Source: Geosiphon pyriformis uo1 (Eukaryota; Fungi; Glomeromycota). From it: a stretch of DNA of 64,000 nucleotides. The notes below the pieces were generated by a model. It searched no databases and was not told the DNA's origin. It saw only the letters and a program-made list of their open reading frames with translations. Positions 37,470-52,600 of the stretch are shown here, in pieces (the first letter of the stretch is position 1; each line of letters opens with the position of its first letter). The stretch is from contig JAAOMT010000768.1 of NCBI GenBank assembly GCA_016748015.1, forward strand, positions 30,079-94,078. The letters are read 5' to 3'. The translations under genes and the position numbers were made by a program.

Positions 37470-38835
37470 TCAATTTGATGTGTTTGGTTCAATAACTATG
37501 ATTGGTTCCAGATCTTGTGGAATCTTATCTGGTTGAACTAGTATTCTTTGTACTTCTAGTTGTAGAATGTTATTGGTAGATAATAATGTTATCTGGTGAT
37601 ATGGTTTCAGTTGATTACCATGTGCTGCTCTGGCTAAGATTTTGTTGTCCTATCTTAGTTTATAAAAATTTCTTCTATGTGAAATAGTCTATTCTATTTG
37701 GGGTCAAATTTTCCACTCTATTGTTTTTCTACTTTGGTATGATGTAATAGCACTTTGTTTTCAATCTTGAATTCAACTGGTTTATTTGGTAGTTGGTTAT
37801 CATGTCATTTTTTTTGCTTTTCTTGTGACTTTTGTATGTTGTCAACTGCTTTTTGTCATCTGTTTTCTAGTGTTTCTATTAAGTCATATGTTTTTCTCAA
37901 CAATGTTTCTTGCAAATTATCTTCTGTTATTGGTTCAGTTGGATATGTATTGACTTCTATCTTAACTGGTAATATTGCTGTTCTACCATATATTAATTCA
38001 AATAGTGTTGCTTGTGTGGTATCTTGTTTTATTGTCTAATAAGCAAATAATACTGATGATATGAACAAATCCCATTTGTTTTGGTTTTCTTGATTTTGGC
38101 AATTGCTTTACACAATGTTTTATTGAATTTTTCAACTAGTCCATTGGTTTGTGGATAATATGGTGATGATAATGGTCTTTTGATTCCAAATCTCTGACTT
38201 AGTTCTGCCAGTGTTCTGTTCACAAAGTAAGTTCCTTAATCTGATAATAGTTTTTTTGGACATTTATGTTGACAAATCAAATCTTGATGAATGAATTCGG
38301 CAATGGATTCTGCATCTGCTCTTTGAATGGCTTTTGCTTCTGGCTATTTGATGAGATAGTCCATGGCTACTGCAATATATCTGTTGTCTCTGCTGGTGAT
38401 TGTTAATGGTCTAACTAAGTCAATTCCAATGTGATCGAATGATTGTCTCACTTTAATTGGTCTTAATAGTTCACTTGGTCTTGCTTCTCTTCTTCTCTAA
38501 CAAGCATCACAATTTTGCATGTATTGGATGATGTCTGGATATATTGATGACCAATAGTATCTTTTTCTGGTTTTTTCTATGGTTGCTTCTTTGTGAAAAT
38601 GTCCTGCTGTTGAATTTGAGTGCATATTGAATAATATTGTCTCTTTCTCTGGTTCTGTGATTACTCTGATTGGTTGATCTGGATTTTTCTTGTTTTTTCG
38701 GTAAAGTATATTTTGATGGTTGATAAAATATTTAGATTGTTGTTTTATGTTTCTTTGTTTTTTTTGAGATAATTTCTCCTTGAACAATTGAGTATTTATA
38801 TAATGTTGTAGTTGTTGATATTTTTGTATATTCAT
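37470..38835 (-). pseudogene. Integrase of F, beginning at its own ATG
   Basis: MNIQKYQQLQHYI...MHSNSTAGHFH...CDAC; YPQTNGLVE. Confidence 0.9.
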
Positions 38836-38865
38836 CTTTTGTTATATTTTTGGGTTGAAATGTTT

Positions 38866-41800
38866 TTAGATTTGTTTTATTCGTGACAATCCGTTGGCAT
38901 TTCCATTATTTTTTCCTTTTTTATAATGTACTGTATAATTAAATGATGAAAGTTCTATTTTCCATCTGGTGTGACAATTATCTGCAAATTCTTGTTTCTG
39001 AATTGAAGTCAGTTCCTTGTGATTTGTGTATATTTCAAACTTTTGGCTCAAATATTCTCTCTATTTCATGACTGCCCAATAGATTGCTAAGTGTTCCAGT
39101 GCTGGTGTTTCATAGTTTATTTTGGCTGGACTTAAGCTTCTACTGATGTAAGTGACTGAATGTTCTCTTCCATCTGGTCCTTTCTGCGATAGTATTGCTC
39201 CCAATGCTTGGCCTAATGTATTGGTGGTGATGATAAATAATTTGCTGTGATCTGGATACATTAATACTAAAGTTTGCATTAGCTTTTGTTTCAGTATGTT
39301 GAATGCTTCTTGTTAAGTTTCTGTCCATTCATACTTGACATTCTTAGTTTGTAAATGATGGAGTGGCTGAGCCAATTTAGAAAAGTCTTTGATAAAGTGA
39401 CGATAATAGTCTGTGAATTCCAAAAATGCTCTTAGTTCTGTTAAATTGGTTGGTACTGGAAAGTTCTTTATTATTGCAATCTTATCTGGATCTGTTTTGA
39501 TACCATCTTTGCTTATAACATGTCCCAAGAACTTGAGTTCAGTTTTTCCAAAGAAATACTTGGTTGTATTTAGTTTCAATCCAGCTCTTCTTAGTCTTTC
39601 AAACACTTGCTGGAGATGATGCAGATGATCATCAAATGTTTTTGAGAACACATTGGTGTTATCCAAATATATAACTACTGATTTCTATAGTAATCCAGTA
39701 TAGACAATTTCCATAAGCCATTGAAATGTTGCTGGAGTGTTCATCAAGCCAAATAGCATGATTTCAAACTCAAAATTTTCTTCTTTTGTGGTAAATGCTG
39801 TTTTTTCTTTGTCAGCTGGATCCATGGCTACTTGCTAGTAACCATTATTTAGATCTAGTATCGAGAACTATTTGTTTCCTCCAAAAGTGTCAAATAGTTT
39901 TTGGGATTTTGGAGTTGGATAACTATCACCTTTGGTCACTCCATTCAGTTTCCAATAATCCACACAGAAATGGATCTTTCCATTTTTTTTCTGTACTAGT
40001 ATTACTAGTAATGACCATGGGCTCATTAATGGTTGAATTAACCCATTGTCAAGCATTCAATTGATCTTTTGACAAATGATCTTATGGCTAGCTGGTAGTA
40101 TTCTATATGCTCTTTGTTTAATTGACATTGTATCTCCAGTTTTAATCTAATGCTGGATGATGTTAGTACAGCCAAATTCATTTTTACTTGCAAAAATGTC
40201 ATTGAAATTGCTGAGTAACATTTTTAGTTGCATTTGTTGAAATGGGTCTAGATTCTCCATGTTTATTTGTTCCAATTGTTCTGGTTGGAGCAGATAACAT
40301 TTACTTTGTCTGTAAATGGTTTGTAATGTGATGTCCACATATTTGCAAAGCTGTAGAAAGTTTAAAACATGGTTTGGTAATTGATCCTCAACTTAAGTGG
40401 TTAAGTATTCAATGATAGTTTCTTTTGGTCTCAATGACATTTCCAGTTGTGTTGTAGATGAGAATTTTGATATTTTTGGGGCTTTTGGCTGATATGTAGA
40501 GATTAGTAAGTCCAATCTCTCTTGATTTACAAATGCTGGTTTCTGCTTCAAACAATTGAGCTTGATTCTTTACTTCTCTTTTTATGGCTAGCCTATACTG
40601 GTCATATGGTGGAATAAAAATTGATTGACAAGTTGAGATAATTTCTCCTTTGTCAACAATTTCTTCCTCCACCATATTAACTGATATATCTATTCTACCC
40701 ATTGATCCAAATCTCTGTATTCCTCTAGCTGTAATCCCTAATTCTTCTCTGTTTTTCACTGACACTAACTGCGCTATTTTCACCAGAAGTAGGAATATTG
40801 TCTGTGCTATCTTTTTGTTTGGATCTATGATATATGCTTTTTCTGAGTCATTTTGTAGCATAGCAATGATATTTCCTATGTATCCTGTGTCAATTATTCC
40901 TCCTTTGATGTTGATTCTCTTTTTTGCTAGGCTATTTCTAGATGCTAACTGGATTATTGTTGTTGCTGAAATTTCTAGTGCTATTTTCAGATCAATGCAA
41001 GTGTGCAAATATGGTTCCAATTTGAGAGAATTTTTCCTTGAATATCTTAGATCAAACCCTGCATTAGTATTATGCACACGTTCTGGCATAATACCTTCAT
41101 CATTATCACTAAACTATTTAAGTTCTTGTTTCTTAGTGAGGTCTGGAAGTGCAATATATTGTTTGGAGTTTGAATTGAAGTTTGAATCTGAGTTAAAATC
41201 ATTGTTATTTTGAACAGAGTTAGAATCATTATTTTTATCGTCATCGTTGTTGGAGTTTGAATTGGGATTGGAAATCAATTTCGATTTGGATACACAACTG
41301 CTTATTGGTTCGTCTTCTTCTGGGATCATGTAGATCATGTGTGGTGGTAGATTGTAAATGAGATTACACTTATTACAATATTGAAAGTCACATGAGATTA
41401 AGCAATATTGATATAATCAAGTGTTCAACTGCTCTAAATGCTGCTCTTGTTCTTCCCTAGTAAGTGCCAAATGCTGGTAATGTTTATGAAATTCTTCTGG
41501 GTTGTCCTCAATGTTGCCAAAGACATTAAAAGTTTGGACATATTCGGGTTTAGGAAGAGATAAAGAGTTGTTTTTGATCTCTAGTAATTCACTGGTTGTT
41601 ACGCCTTCTGCTTTTACATATGCCATTCTCCATAGTTCATCTTTATCATGAGGATATTTTTTCAATTGTCACAATACTCATTTCCAGGCATCATCGATTG
41701 GTGTTCCTTTGCTTACCCAATCATTTATCAGTATGGTGTACTGGCATGTCTTATCACATGTTCCTCCACACCCAGGAATGTTATTCCATATTTCTTTGTC

Positions 41801-44800
41801 AGGTAGGATAGTTTCACATGTGAGACATGGTTGGTTATCCCACTTTCCTTGTTATTTCAGTTGTTCAAAGTGCTCTATAATACATAAGCAGCAGTAGAAT
41901 CTTGTGGCTGTGGAGTATTTTTCGTTATCACCACAGCATGCACTCATTGACAACAATTTCTTGCTGCAATTGATGCATTCCAATTTTGGTCGATGATAAT
42001 TGGATGGTGGTGATAAAGTGTAAGCATATAAACTATAAGTGCTACTAGTGAGAATGGTTTTGTTTTCTTTTTCCTTTCTTTTATCAGTTTCTTTTCACAT
42101 CCAGTTTGCTGGTTTGTCTTGGTCATTATTAGTTTTCTAGTTTTGGTTAGTATTCCAAATAAGTTCTTTGTTTTCCTTTCTTTTTTCCTTGTTGTCCTAA
42201 AAAAGTATTGGTGATAGCTCATTGTGGTCTTTGTTAACCCAAAAAACTTGGTATGCTTCTCAGATAGGTTTCTCTTTTTCTTCTTTAAATTCGATAAGTG
42301 GAGCTGATAACATGGTGATGAGTTTGAAATGGCCACACATGGCTGGTACATGTGTGTGTTGTCTGTTCTGGCTAAGCTGGAGCTCTTGAGTGTTCCAGTC
42401 AAGTATTGTATTGATTTTAGACAGCCAGTTATTACTTACTAGTGCTTGGTATTGAGTGGCTTCTATAATTAATACCTTGATTGGTACAATGATGCCATTG
42501 ATTTCTATAAGCAAGTTATTTATTTCACCAATTGAAATCTTGGTGGTTCTATTAGCTGTAATTATCCTTGCACTGACAGTTCAATTAACTTGATGACCTA
42601 ATTGGTTCATGAACTGTCTTGTAATAATGCTGCCAGCTGATCTATTATCTAGAATCAGTTTGATGAACTGACCATCAATTTTGGCATCTGTGTACATTGC
42701 TGTGATAGGTTTTTCTTTGAGTATAGTTCCACTAAACAAAGGGGTTTCTGTCAGTTTCTCAATTTCGAAAAAAAATATAGCTGCTAGAGACTCATTTTTT
42801 ATAACAGTGGCTGGCAGAATATTGGTAAGTGATTGTTTCTGTTTGGGTTCCCAAGTGTTGGGTGAGATGTCTTCTGGGGTAACCAGAAGACTTAAATAGT
42901 TCTGGGAACTTGGGTTTTAAGTATACCCGGTTCCTGAACTCTGCTGTCATGATCCTGACAGCTGGTTGGATGAACTGGAGATCAGTTGGTGAACAACCAT
43001 CACCAATCTTCAGTTTTGGGTGACTCTTGATCTAGAATTTTCTGATGTTATTTGAGCTGGGTTTGATGATGGTGTTTGAACTGTAAGTGTCTGATAAATT
43101 ATTTGTGGCTGCAGTGGTTAATATATTATTGGTAGCTGTGGTTAATAAACTGGAGGTTGATATATGGGTGGTTGATATATTGGCTGTTACATCATTGGTA
43201 GGTAAATTGGTTGATATAGTGCATGGTTGGGTTGGTAATTCAGAGTTGAGAACTGGCAATCAGGGTTTCAATATTGATTTTCTGATCATTGGTTGTCTAT
43301 CCTTACCCTAGAGTCAATTTTTAAATGTTTTTGTTTATTACAATAGTGGCAAACACGTGTCTTTGGCTGTTACTGTTGATTGGTTGATAAAGATGGCCAT
43401 GACTGATTCTGGAAATAATTTATGTTTTTTTGAATATTGCATTATTGTGGAGATTAATAGATTGCGTGATTGTCAGCTAAGTATCTTTCTAATTTCTGAT
43501 TAAGGAAATCACTGAATTGTTTCAATTTGGAATCCAATTCAGATGATCTATTTATTACTAGATTAATGGCTTGGGCATGATTAACTTTGAGTTTAGCTGT
43601 TTCAAAATCTCTGGCATTGGTAATTGCAGCTTGAAGGTCTGCTGGATGCATTGGATGTATGCATTGGAGGATGCTACTGTGCAGACCTCTAATAAATTGG
43701 TTTAGAATTTGTGGCGCTGTAAAATAGTCAGCCTGAATTGCTTGTATTTGGCGCAGATTCCTATGAAAGTGTTCTAGATAAGTAGTGACTGCTTCATTTT
43801 CTCCTTGTTTGATAGTGGTGAAAGTGTTTGCTAGCTGATTAATACTATTATTATTGCTGAAATATTGTAGAAAGGCAAGCTTGAATGCAGCGAAATCCTG
43901 GAGTTTATTAGCCAAGCTTTAATACCATGAATTAGTGATATCCTGGAGAAAATAAGGGATGGCTTACATGGCTTTGGTGTCATCTCATCCATTGGCTGCG
44001 ATGGCTTTTTCCACATTATTTAGCCATACTTGGACATCATTCTTTTTGCTTGTGAATTTTTTGAGTTTGGCAATAGGAGCATATGCCATTGGTGCTACAA
44101 TTTGTTGTTGTGGTGGTTGTTGAAGTTGTTGTTGTGGCAGTGGAAACAGCTGTTATGGTTGTTGTTGCTGTTCTGTGATTAGTGGATCTGGTAATGAATT
44201 GATCATGATTTCTAAAAGTAAGAGTTGATTAATTAAGTCAGAGTTTTGATTATTCTGATTTTGCTGCGTTTGAAAACTCAGAGTTTCAATTTCTGGGTTT
44301 TCAATAATTGGGTTTTGGTAAGTGAATTCTTGTTCTTCAGATTCTTTTTTTTTTCTTCTTGTTCTTCTTCTGAATTTGTTACTTCCCAAGAACTCGTGAT
44401 TCCGAAATCTGGTTGAGGTAGCAGAGATTGAAGTCCTGATGGCATTGAAGATTATGATTTAAATCCTTTGAAATACATTCTGTATGGTTCTAGAAGATCT
44501 TCTTTCCTTTGTTTACTCTGAAATGGGAATTGTCCAAAAGTTGATGTCGCATGTGATATAAACACATCTATTAATGTAATGTTAATAGTGCTTCCGAGTT
44601 TGTAATGGTATGATAGGTTTGTTGGTGATTCAACTCTGGTTTTCTTCCAAGTGGGTGGTTGTATTTGTTTTGGTGTCACTGCTGGTGTTTGCAATCTTCC
44701 TTTGTCTTTGTCTGTGTAGGTAATAGGGAATTGTTGTTGTGTATATCTTTCAATGGTTTGGTTGATTTCCCTGATAATTGGTGTAAAACTGTAGTTTCTT

Positions 44801-45030
44801 GGTAAGCTGGTGTATTGAAATAATTCTGTATAGAAATTTTCTCTTGCTGATTCAATGTTAACTGTTCCTTTCAAGTAATCTGTAATTTTTTCATTGACGT
44901 AAAAGTTGAAATCAGATTCTGCTGGATAATGGTTGTTGGTTAATCCCAATTGTTGACTGTACTGTTAAAATAAGGATTTGGCAAATCCTAAATGGTTTGT
45001 CTCTATAATTTCTGATTCTGCCACTTTTGG
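38866..45030 (-). pseudogene. gag-protease-Cys-rich insert-dUTPase-RT-RNase H of F/E
   Basis: Gag ORFs 43454-44949; protease near 42330-42700; dUTPase ORF 40409-41089 (AGFDL, GGIIDTGYIG, KIAQ, RGIQRFGSMG); RT/RH ORFs; stop after GLSRIKQI. Confidence 0.9.
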
Positions 45031-45729
45031 ATGATTGTTGTTGGTGCTGGTTCTCTGTAGGATTATATTTCACAGGAAGCACTAAATATTACCGATGATT
45101 ATTTGAGATCTCAAGTCAAATAACAAATTTGTAACTTGGTGCTTGGTTGGTATTCTAGTGTTGATATCTGAAGGTTTGTTTCATTTAAAGGTTTTGTTGT
45201 GGAGTTTTTTGTATAATGGACAGAAAGTTGATTAATGGTTTTATCCATAGCTTCCCAAAACTGCAGTTTCGTCAAATTTCTTTCTCATTATAGTGGCCAG
45301 TAATCCTCTTGGTAAGCTATCCTTAAATCTATAAGTGTTCTACCTTTGTTTCACAGATCTTTTTACCAGTCACTATGATGTCTGTATCTTAGCACTTAAT
45401 CTTTAATCAATTTAGTAAAGAAATAACAAAAGAAATAAAAAAAAATAAAAGAAAATAAAGAAGTAAACAAAAGCAATTGCAAGTTAATATTTTGTCAATA
45501 GCCATGATCAAGAATTATTGTTTCAGTATGGTTAAGTATTAATTACTATCAACATAAAGTGTTGATAGTGGAGAGTAGATTGAGATAGTGAATATTTATT
45601 TATTGATATTTGTGAATAGAAGGTTGTTTAGATCAAATCTAAATTGAGAGGTCTTTAATGAAAGGATTCTTCTTTTTCTACTTCTAATGCTACCACTATA
45701 TATACATAATTGATATTCTACGAGATTGC

Positions 45730-46698
45730 TGTTACCAGACAAAATTAGAGATATTGTTTAGCATGAAATTACTCTTATAAATTTTGTCATTAATTAGCAT
45801 ATATTATTGTTTTAAATTATTACTTATTATATTAGCAAAATGTCCAAAATTATCATTTAATTAATAATCTAATTTGTATATAACACAAATGTAATCTAAG
45901 TGCAATGATCAATCATGCAATACCCCGAAATATATAACATTCAAAAGTTTGCCAAAATTTGTAGAAATTTGCCGAAATAATTGATAGTTCACTGAAATAT
46001 CTAATAGTTTGCAGAAATAACTTGTAGTTCGTCGAAATGTATTTTTAGTTTAGCAAAATTGTAGAAAAGAGCAAAGTTCAAGTTCATAAAATAGTGTTAT
46101 AACAAGTTGTATAAAAGAAGAGCTTCTCTCTTCGAGAAAATATATCTTACTTTAGATTTATTACTTAGAACTATTTTTATACACACAAAAAGAAATAAAT
46201 ATCAAATAATTCAAATAACCAAATTCTTTAATTATTGCACTTGGAAAATCCCCAAAACCCAACTAATGTTTTGAAATTGATTAGCTATCAATTTCATTAA
46301 ACTGTTAGTGACTTCAGGCCTGGATAGAAAATGTTTCCCTTGACAGAATTTTATTTCTTTTACATTTCTTTTATTTTCTTATTATAATCATTAGGGTAGC
46401 CTACAGACAAGATTTCTGTAGAAGAGTTGACTTTCACAGCAAAGTAATTACACATTTTTAGTGAGCTTCCAGACGAGCAATTTCTGGGAAAGAGTTGACA
46501 TTTACTACAACATAACTACACAAAGCAATTGGCACAAAATTGGCCATTCTACTTATAAGTCCAGCAGTTCAAATTATAGGAGATAATTTGAAGATAAAAT
46601 TCAGTTATCAGAGGTTCAAACACTTTCCATAATCATGAATTAACAGTATTACAACAAACATACAAGAGCTAAGAAGAGACCAAAAACCTCTGGTAATA
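45730..46698 (+). repeat. 5' LTR of C
   Basis: TGTTACCAGA...TCTGGTAATA, followed by TT and PBS TGGTGCTCTTCCAC. Confidence 0.93.
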
Positions 46699-49600
46699 TT
46701 TGGTGCTCTTCCACAAAAATAACACAGTGACAATGACTTCAAAAGTGGTGATTCAAACAGATTCAAGAACTCTAGAGTATTATCAGTCAATCTACACCCA
46801 CTGTAAGCAAAGATTTAACATCCCAGACAGAATTGAAACATTCAAGAAAACACTTTACCAGTATATTGAAAATTGTATCAACAATTATCTTCTTGGAGAC
46901 TACAATATTTCAGAAGTTAAACACAACTTATATAAAAGCTTAGTATATTACTCTCGTCTAAACACTCAAGATTTTAACAGTTAAACACTTGAAACATATT
47001 TCCAAGAATTCAACTTCAATATCATTCAGTATTGTAAAGAGAATTACCCAGTAGAACAGAAATTTTCTCTTAATTTTGAATCAGAAACAGAAAAAGGAAA
47101 AGAAAAAAAGAAACAAAAACTCAAAACTACTCCCAATACACTTAAAACCACTGTCAAACATTTACAAACTCCAGAACCAGGAACCAGCTTTAAATTACCA
47201 CTCTTAATCACACTATTTCCAGCTTTACCTGCTCAATTACAAACATCAAGCTCATAACTTATTCGGTTTTCAAGAATAGAAGATTTTCAGTCACCCAAAA
47301 GCCTTATTCAACAAGAGGAACCAATATTAACTAGCACAAACCTTATTGACTATTTAGCAAAAAATCAAAGTGAAGAGACCAAATCAGAACAAGAAACAGA
47401 AAACTCAGAAAATGAAGAAGAAATGGTCTTTACATATATCACAAAAATTCCTGAGTTCACAGGAGAAAACAATAAAACCAGTTCTCAAGAATGGCTTGAC
47501 AAAGTCTCAAAAGCAGAAGATGCAAATGGTTAGAACACTGCCAGAATGTTAAAAGCAATTCCATACTTCTTATAAGGAACAGCCAGTGAATGGTTTGAAA
47601 ACTTGGAAGCCCCACCAGAAGACTGAGAAACATTCAAAACTGCTTTTTTAGAACAGTTCACTGACAATAACACTTTCATTACCCTTTGAAATCAGTTCCG
47701 AAATATCAAGCAAGAACCAAGTGAATCAGTTATGACCTACCTTAGAAAATTCAACAAACTGCTTAGAAGAATTTGCCAATTGGAAACAAATGAATACTAC
47801 TCTAATGCACAAATCTTGAATCAATTCATTGCTGGACTAAAAGACAAACTTATCAAAAAAGTTCACCCACATGTACCAGAAGATTTAGCCACTGCTATTC
47901 AACAAGCAAAAAACTATAAAATGGTCATGAAAGAAGCCAATTGTACCAAACTTGTTAACCTGGCTATTGGAAAAACCAGCTTAGCAGCTGAAGAAAAGAT
48001 TGATTAATTAACCAAGAAAGTTGAAAACTACTTTACCAACCAACAGCAACAACAGCAGCTGCAGCAATCATAACAACCACAAAGATACCAACCCCCACAA
48101 TGACACAATCAAAACAACTTTGGACCACCATCCAACAACCAAATCCAAAATTGCCATTACTGTGGAATCCCTGGCCACTGGAAAAAAGATTGCAGAAAGC
48201 TACAATGAGACCAACAAAATAGGAGTAATCAATGTTATCTTCCACTACAGCAATCTTATTATTAACTACCATCACCAGTTTACTATCCACCAAGATCTCA
48301 ATACCAAAATAACTATTATTAGTTCACTCCACAGCCAATCCAACAGCAATACCAACAACTACCCACACAACATTATTAAGTACCTGCTCGAAGATTAATT
48401 ACACAAAATCAATTTACACCACAAAACTGATACCGAGTAAACAACAATAGAATTAGTTTGAACAACCAATTGGTTCCCTGAAATTCTGCTCAACCAAGAC
48501 CCAACCACTATTACACTCAACTCAATTATTTAACAATACCAGAAGAACAAGATTTTTACCATACTGCACTTTCAGAAGGTAGAGCTGCAGCACAACAACA
48601 AAATTCTTCTCATAACCACACCACTATTCCATCAGCCAGAATTGCTGAAAATGCCAATCTCTCTGATATCTTTCTTTTCGAGTTTGAAATCATCATTCCA
48701 GTTAAAGTTCTTGTAATAGATGCTTCTCAGTATCAAGCCCTTGTCAGAAATGACTGGCTTCAAAAAGCCAATGCAAAATTAGACTGGGAAACCCAAGAAC
48801 TACAAATCTCTTACCAAAGACAACATGCCTGAGTACTTGCCACTTGTAGTACATTCAACAAATGCTCCAAAAAAGCCCCAGCTTTTGAATTTGAATCAGA
48901 AGAAGAAAAACCAATAATCAAAACATTCATGGCTCTTGGGTCAACATCCAATTGGGCCAATGAAACTGAACAAAAACATTTTACTCCACACTCCAAACCT
49001 GAAACCTCTGGATGGAATACCCCTTACTCAAAGACTGAGCCAAGGAAACAATGCCCCTACATTCTTCTTAAATGTAAGAACTGCCACAAGAAACTATTGT
49101 CAATGGGAGCTTGTATTTCACCTGAGGAAGAATATGAAAGTCACACCTGCTACTATTGCAAGACCTGCCATCAAGAACAATGGAGCCACTTGATCAAAAG
49201 AAGTGAAAAATGAGATGGAACACTCTGTCTTACTTGTGGAAAGCAGCTTCCCGATGAATGTGACTGGATTGATATTGCATTTAGAGGAGGAGTCTGTGAT
49301 CAAACTTGTCAATATGCTCTTTCTATTGTGGAAAAAGTAAAACATGGAATACCTTTCAATGCCACATATAACAGTACTCTCAGCAAACTCTATCACTACC
49401 CCCATAATACCAAAATGATCTACAAACTTGCCATGGTTTTAATTAATAGAGGAACCAAAGAAGATGTCTTTCAAATAAAAGAAGCTAAATATATTGAATA
49501 TACATTGAAATTAGCTGGATTCGATTATGAAGATGAAGTAAAAGTATACCACCAAATTGCAAGTCACACTTACTTAACCCAAGAAGCTCAAATTCAATGA

Positions 49601-52600
49601 TTAAAGCAAATGAACATTAAATTATGTGAGGAGTGTATAATGCCATGTGACAAACAATAGTGTTCTGAATGCTACGCTCTTAGCATTCCATTGCCCAATA
49701 AAAGCAATGAATATGAAATTGAATTCGGAGAACCTGAAGCAACAGAAAAAATTGAAACAACATCCATCTACCTCATCAAAAATCAGCCTGCTTCACAACT
49801 CAAATACTTCAACAACAATAGACAAGGAATAAAACTGGAAAAAGCACATGAAATTGATACTGGATATGATCTACAATATCTAGGAAAAGACACTTTGGTT
49901 CTTCAACCAAATTTTTTTACCAAAATCAACCTCAAAATTGTCCTCAAAATCTTACCAGGAGCAATGGTCTAAATTACTTCACAATCATTATTGGCAAGCA
50001 AAAGAATCAATGTTAGAAGAGGAATCATAAATGCTGGATATACAAAAGACATTACAATCATGTTATAAAATGAAACTGATAAACCTTTTCAGATTGAACA
50101 TGCTAAAAAAATTGCTCAAGCTATTTATTTACTTTTAATCAACATTTCGAGTTTATAATTAGTCAATCAAAAAGAACAATTGAGAAAAAGTGGAAAAGGA
50201 ACCAATGGTTTTGGTTCAACTGGATGATTCACAGTTCCAGTAAACATAGCTCTTAATGAACAAAGTAAATCTCACCAGATTCTACAACTTCCACAACCAA
50301 TTACTATTTCACCCTTTGGAAAACACCCTGAAATTTACACTTGTGAAAAGCCAACAACCACACAACAAATTTTTGAGTCCAATAAATAAATCTGCTTGGA
50401 ACATAATATCTTGATCCCAAATATTTACATCCCAGAAGGAACAAAGAAAGTTCAAGTTACTTTTTACAACCCCAATAATTACCCCATAGTTTTATTAAAT
50501 AACTTAGAAATTGGAGTTATTTACAGTAATATTTTTCAACAAGAATTATCCCAAACAGTCCCCAATTTCTCTGAAATTATTGGACATTCACTACCAAAAA
50601 TCAACCCAAACCCCAGCTCTGAAAACTACCATGTTGTCATGGAAAAACTATCTCAAATCAATATGAGACAACTTGAACCACAACAACAGAGCCAGTTCAA
50701 AGAGCTAATTGCAGAATTTGCCGATATCTTTACTGAAAACAACAATGACTTAGGAAAAACTGATTTGGTTTAATACCAAATCTATACAGGAGATGCCAAA
50801 CCAAGGTGACAGCAAGCCTACCAAGTTGCTCTAGAAAGTCACCAATTTATCTGCAAAGAAATACAATAAATGCTCAACAATAGACTTATTCAACCATCAA
50901 TGAATCCATGGATCTTACCTGTGGTTTTAGTTAAAAAGAAAAATGGAAAGATACAATTTTGTGTTAATTATCGACAACTCAACAGTGTCACCATTGGAGA
51001 TGCCTACCCCCTTCCCTGATTTGATAATATGTTGGACGTCCTTGGAAAATCCAAATACTTTTTGACATTAGATTTAGAGAGTAAATACTGACAAGTTGCC
51101 ATGGATCCCGAAGATCACCCCAAAACAGCATTCACCACTCAAGGAGGAAATTATGAGTTCAATGTAATGCCTTTCAAATTATGCAATGCACCAGCAACAT
51201 TCCAAAGACTCATAGATGTTGTTTACAAAAGTCTCCTTTGGAAATCAGTAGTTGTCTATCTTAATGATACTAATGTTTATTCATCATTTTTTGAATTATA
51301 CTTAAAACACCTATGAAAAGTTTTTTAATAATTACAGAAAGCAGAATTGAAACTGAACATTGAAAATGCTACTTCAGAAAAATGAGTTTGGTCTTTTTTG
51401 GTCACATTATTAGCAAAGATAGAATTAAACCAGACCCCGGAAAAATCAGCACTATCAAAAACTTCAAGACTCCACAAAATACCACAGAATTAAGAGGATT
51501 TATTGGATTAGCATCCTATTATCAAAAATTTATCAAAGGATTCTAAAAAATTACAAAATCTCTCAACTAGCTCACTACTAAAAACGTTGAATACAAATGG
51601 ATGGAAAAACACCAAAAAGCTTTTGAAATTCTCAAGAAAAAGTTAACAACAGCTCCAATTCTTGCCTATTCAGACTTCAGTAACCAATTTTGATTAGCTA
51701 CAGACACTTTTTACACTGCCTTTGGTGCTATCTTATCACAATTGGATGACAATAGAAATGAGTGAGTAATTGCTTATGCTAGCAGAACATTAAAACCAGC
51801 TAAAAAAAACTACTCTGCCATAGAACTAGAAACAGCAGCCGTAATTTGGGCCTTATACCACTTCAATCTTTATCTTAAGCCTAAAAAATTCGACATTATC
51901 ACTGATAATATTGGACTCAAATGGCTTCAAAACAAAAACACTTAGCTGAATGCCAAACAAATTTGATGGACAGGATTTTTAGCTAACTACCAATACATTG
52001 TGCATTACAAACCAGGAAAACTCCACACCAATGTTGATTGTTTCTCAAAAATGAGGCAAGATTAGAACATAAAACCAACACCTATTTGAATTAACAACAA
52101 GACAACAAACAATAAACCCCGAAAACTACAACAATCTTAAACAATATTTGGAGACATTAACAATCCCAACAAATTGGTCTGCAGATGAAAAACACCAATT
52201 ACAACAACAAGCCAAACAATACCTCTTACACAACAACATGATTTATTATCGAAACTTCAGAAACCCAGACAATTCACTCAGATTAATACAAGAACATGAA
52301 AAAAAAACCATTTTATATAACATGTATTCAGACTTTTCATTAGCACATCTAGGAAAAGACAGTACCACTCAGAGAACACTAAAATATTACTTTTGGCCTC
52401 GAATAAAAAAAACATTTATGAATATGTTAAGTCTTGTAATAATTGTCAAAGAAAAGGAGGAACTCGCCCTACAGAACTTTTAAACCCAATCAAAGTTGGA
52501 CAGCCTTTTGACTGAGTTGGTATTGATTTAGTCAAACCACTACCTATCACAAACCAAGGAAACCATTATATTGCAGTAGCTGTAAACTATCTCACCAAAT

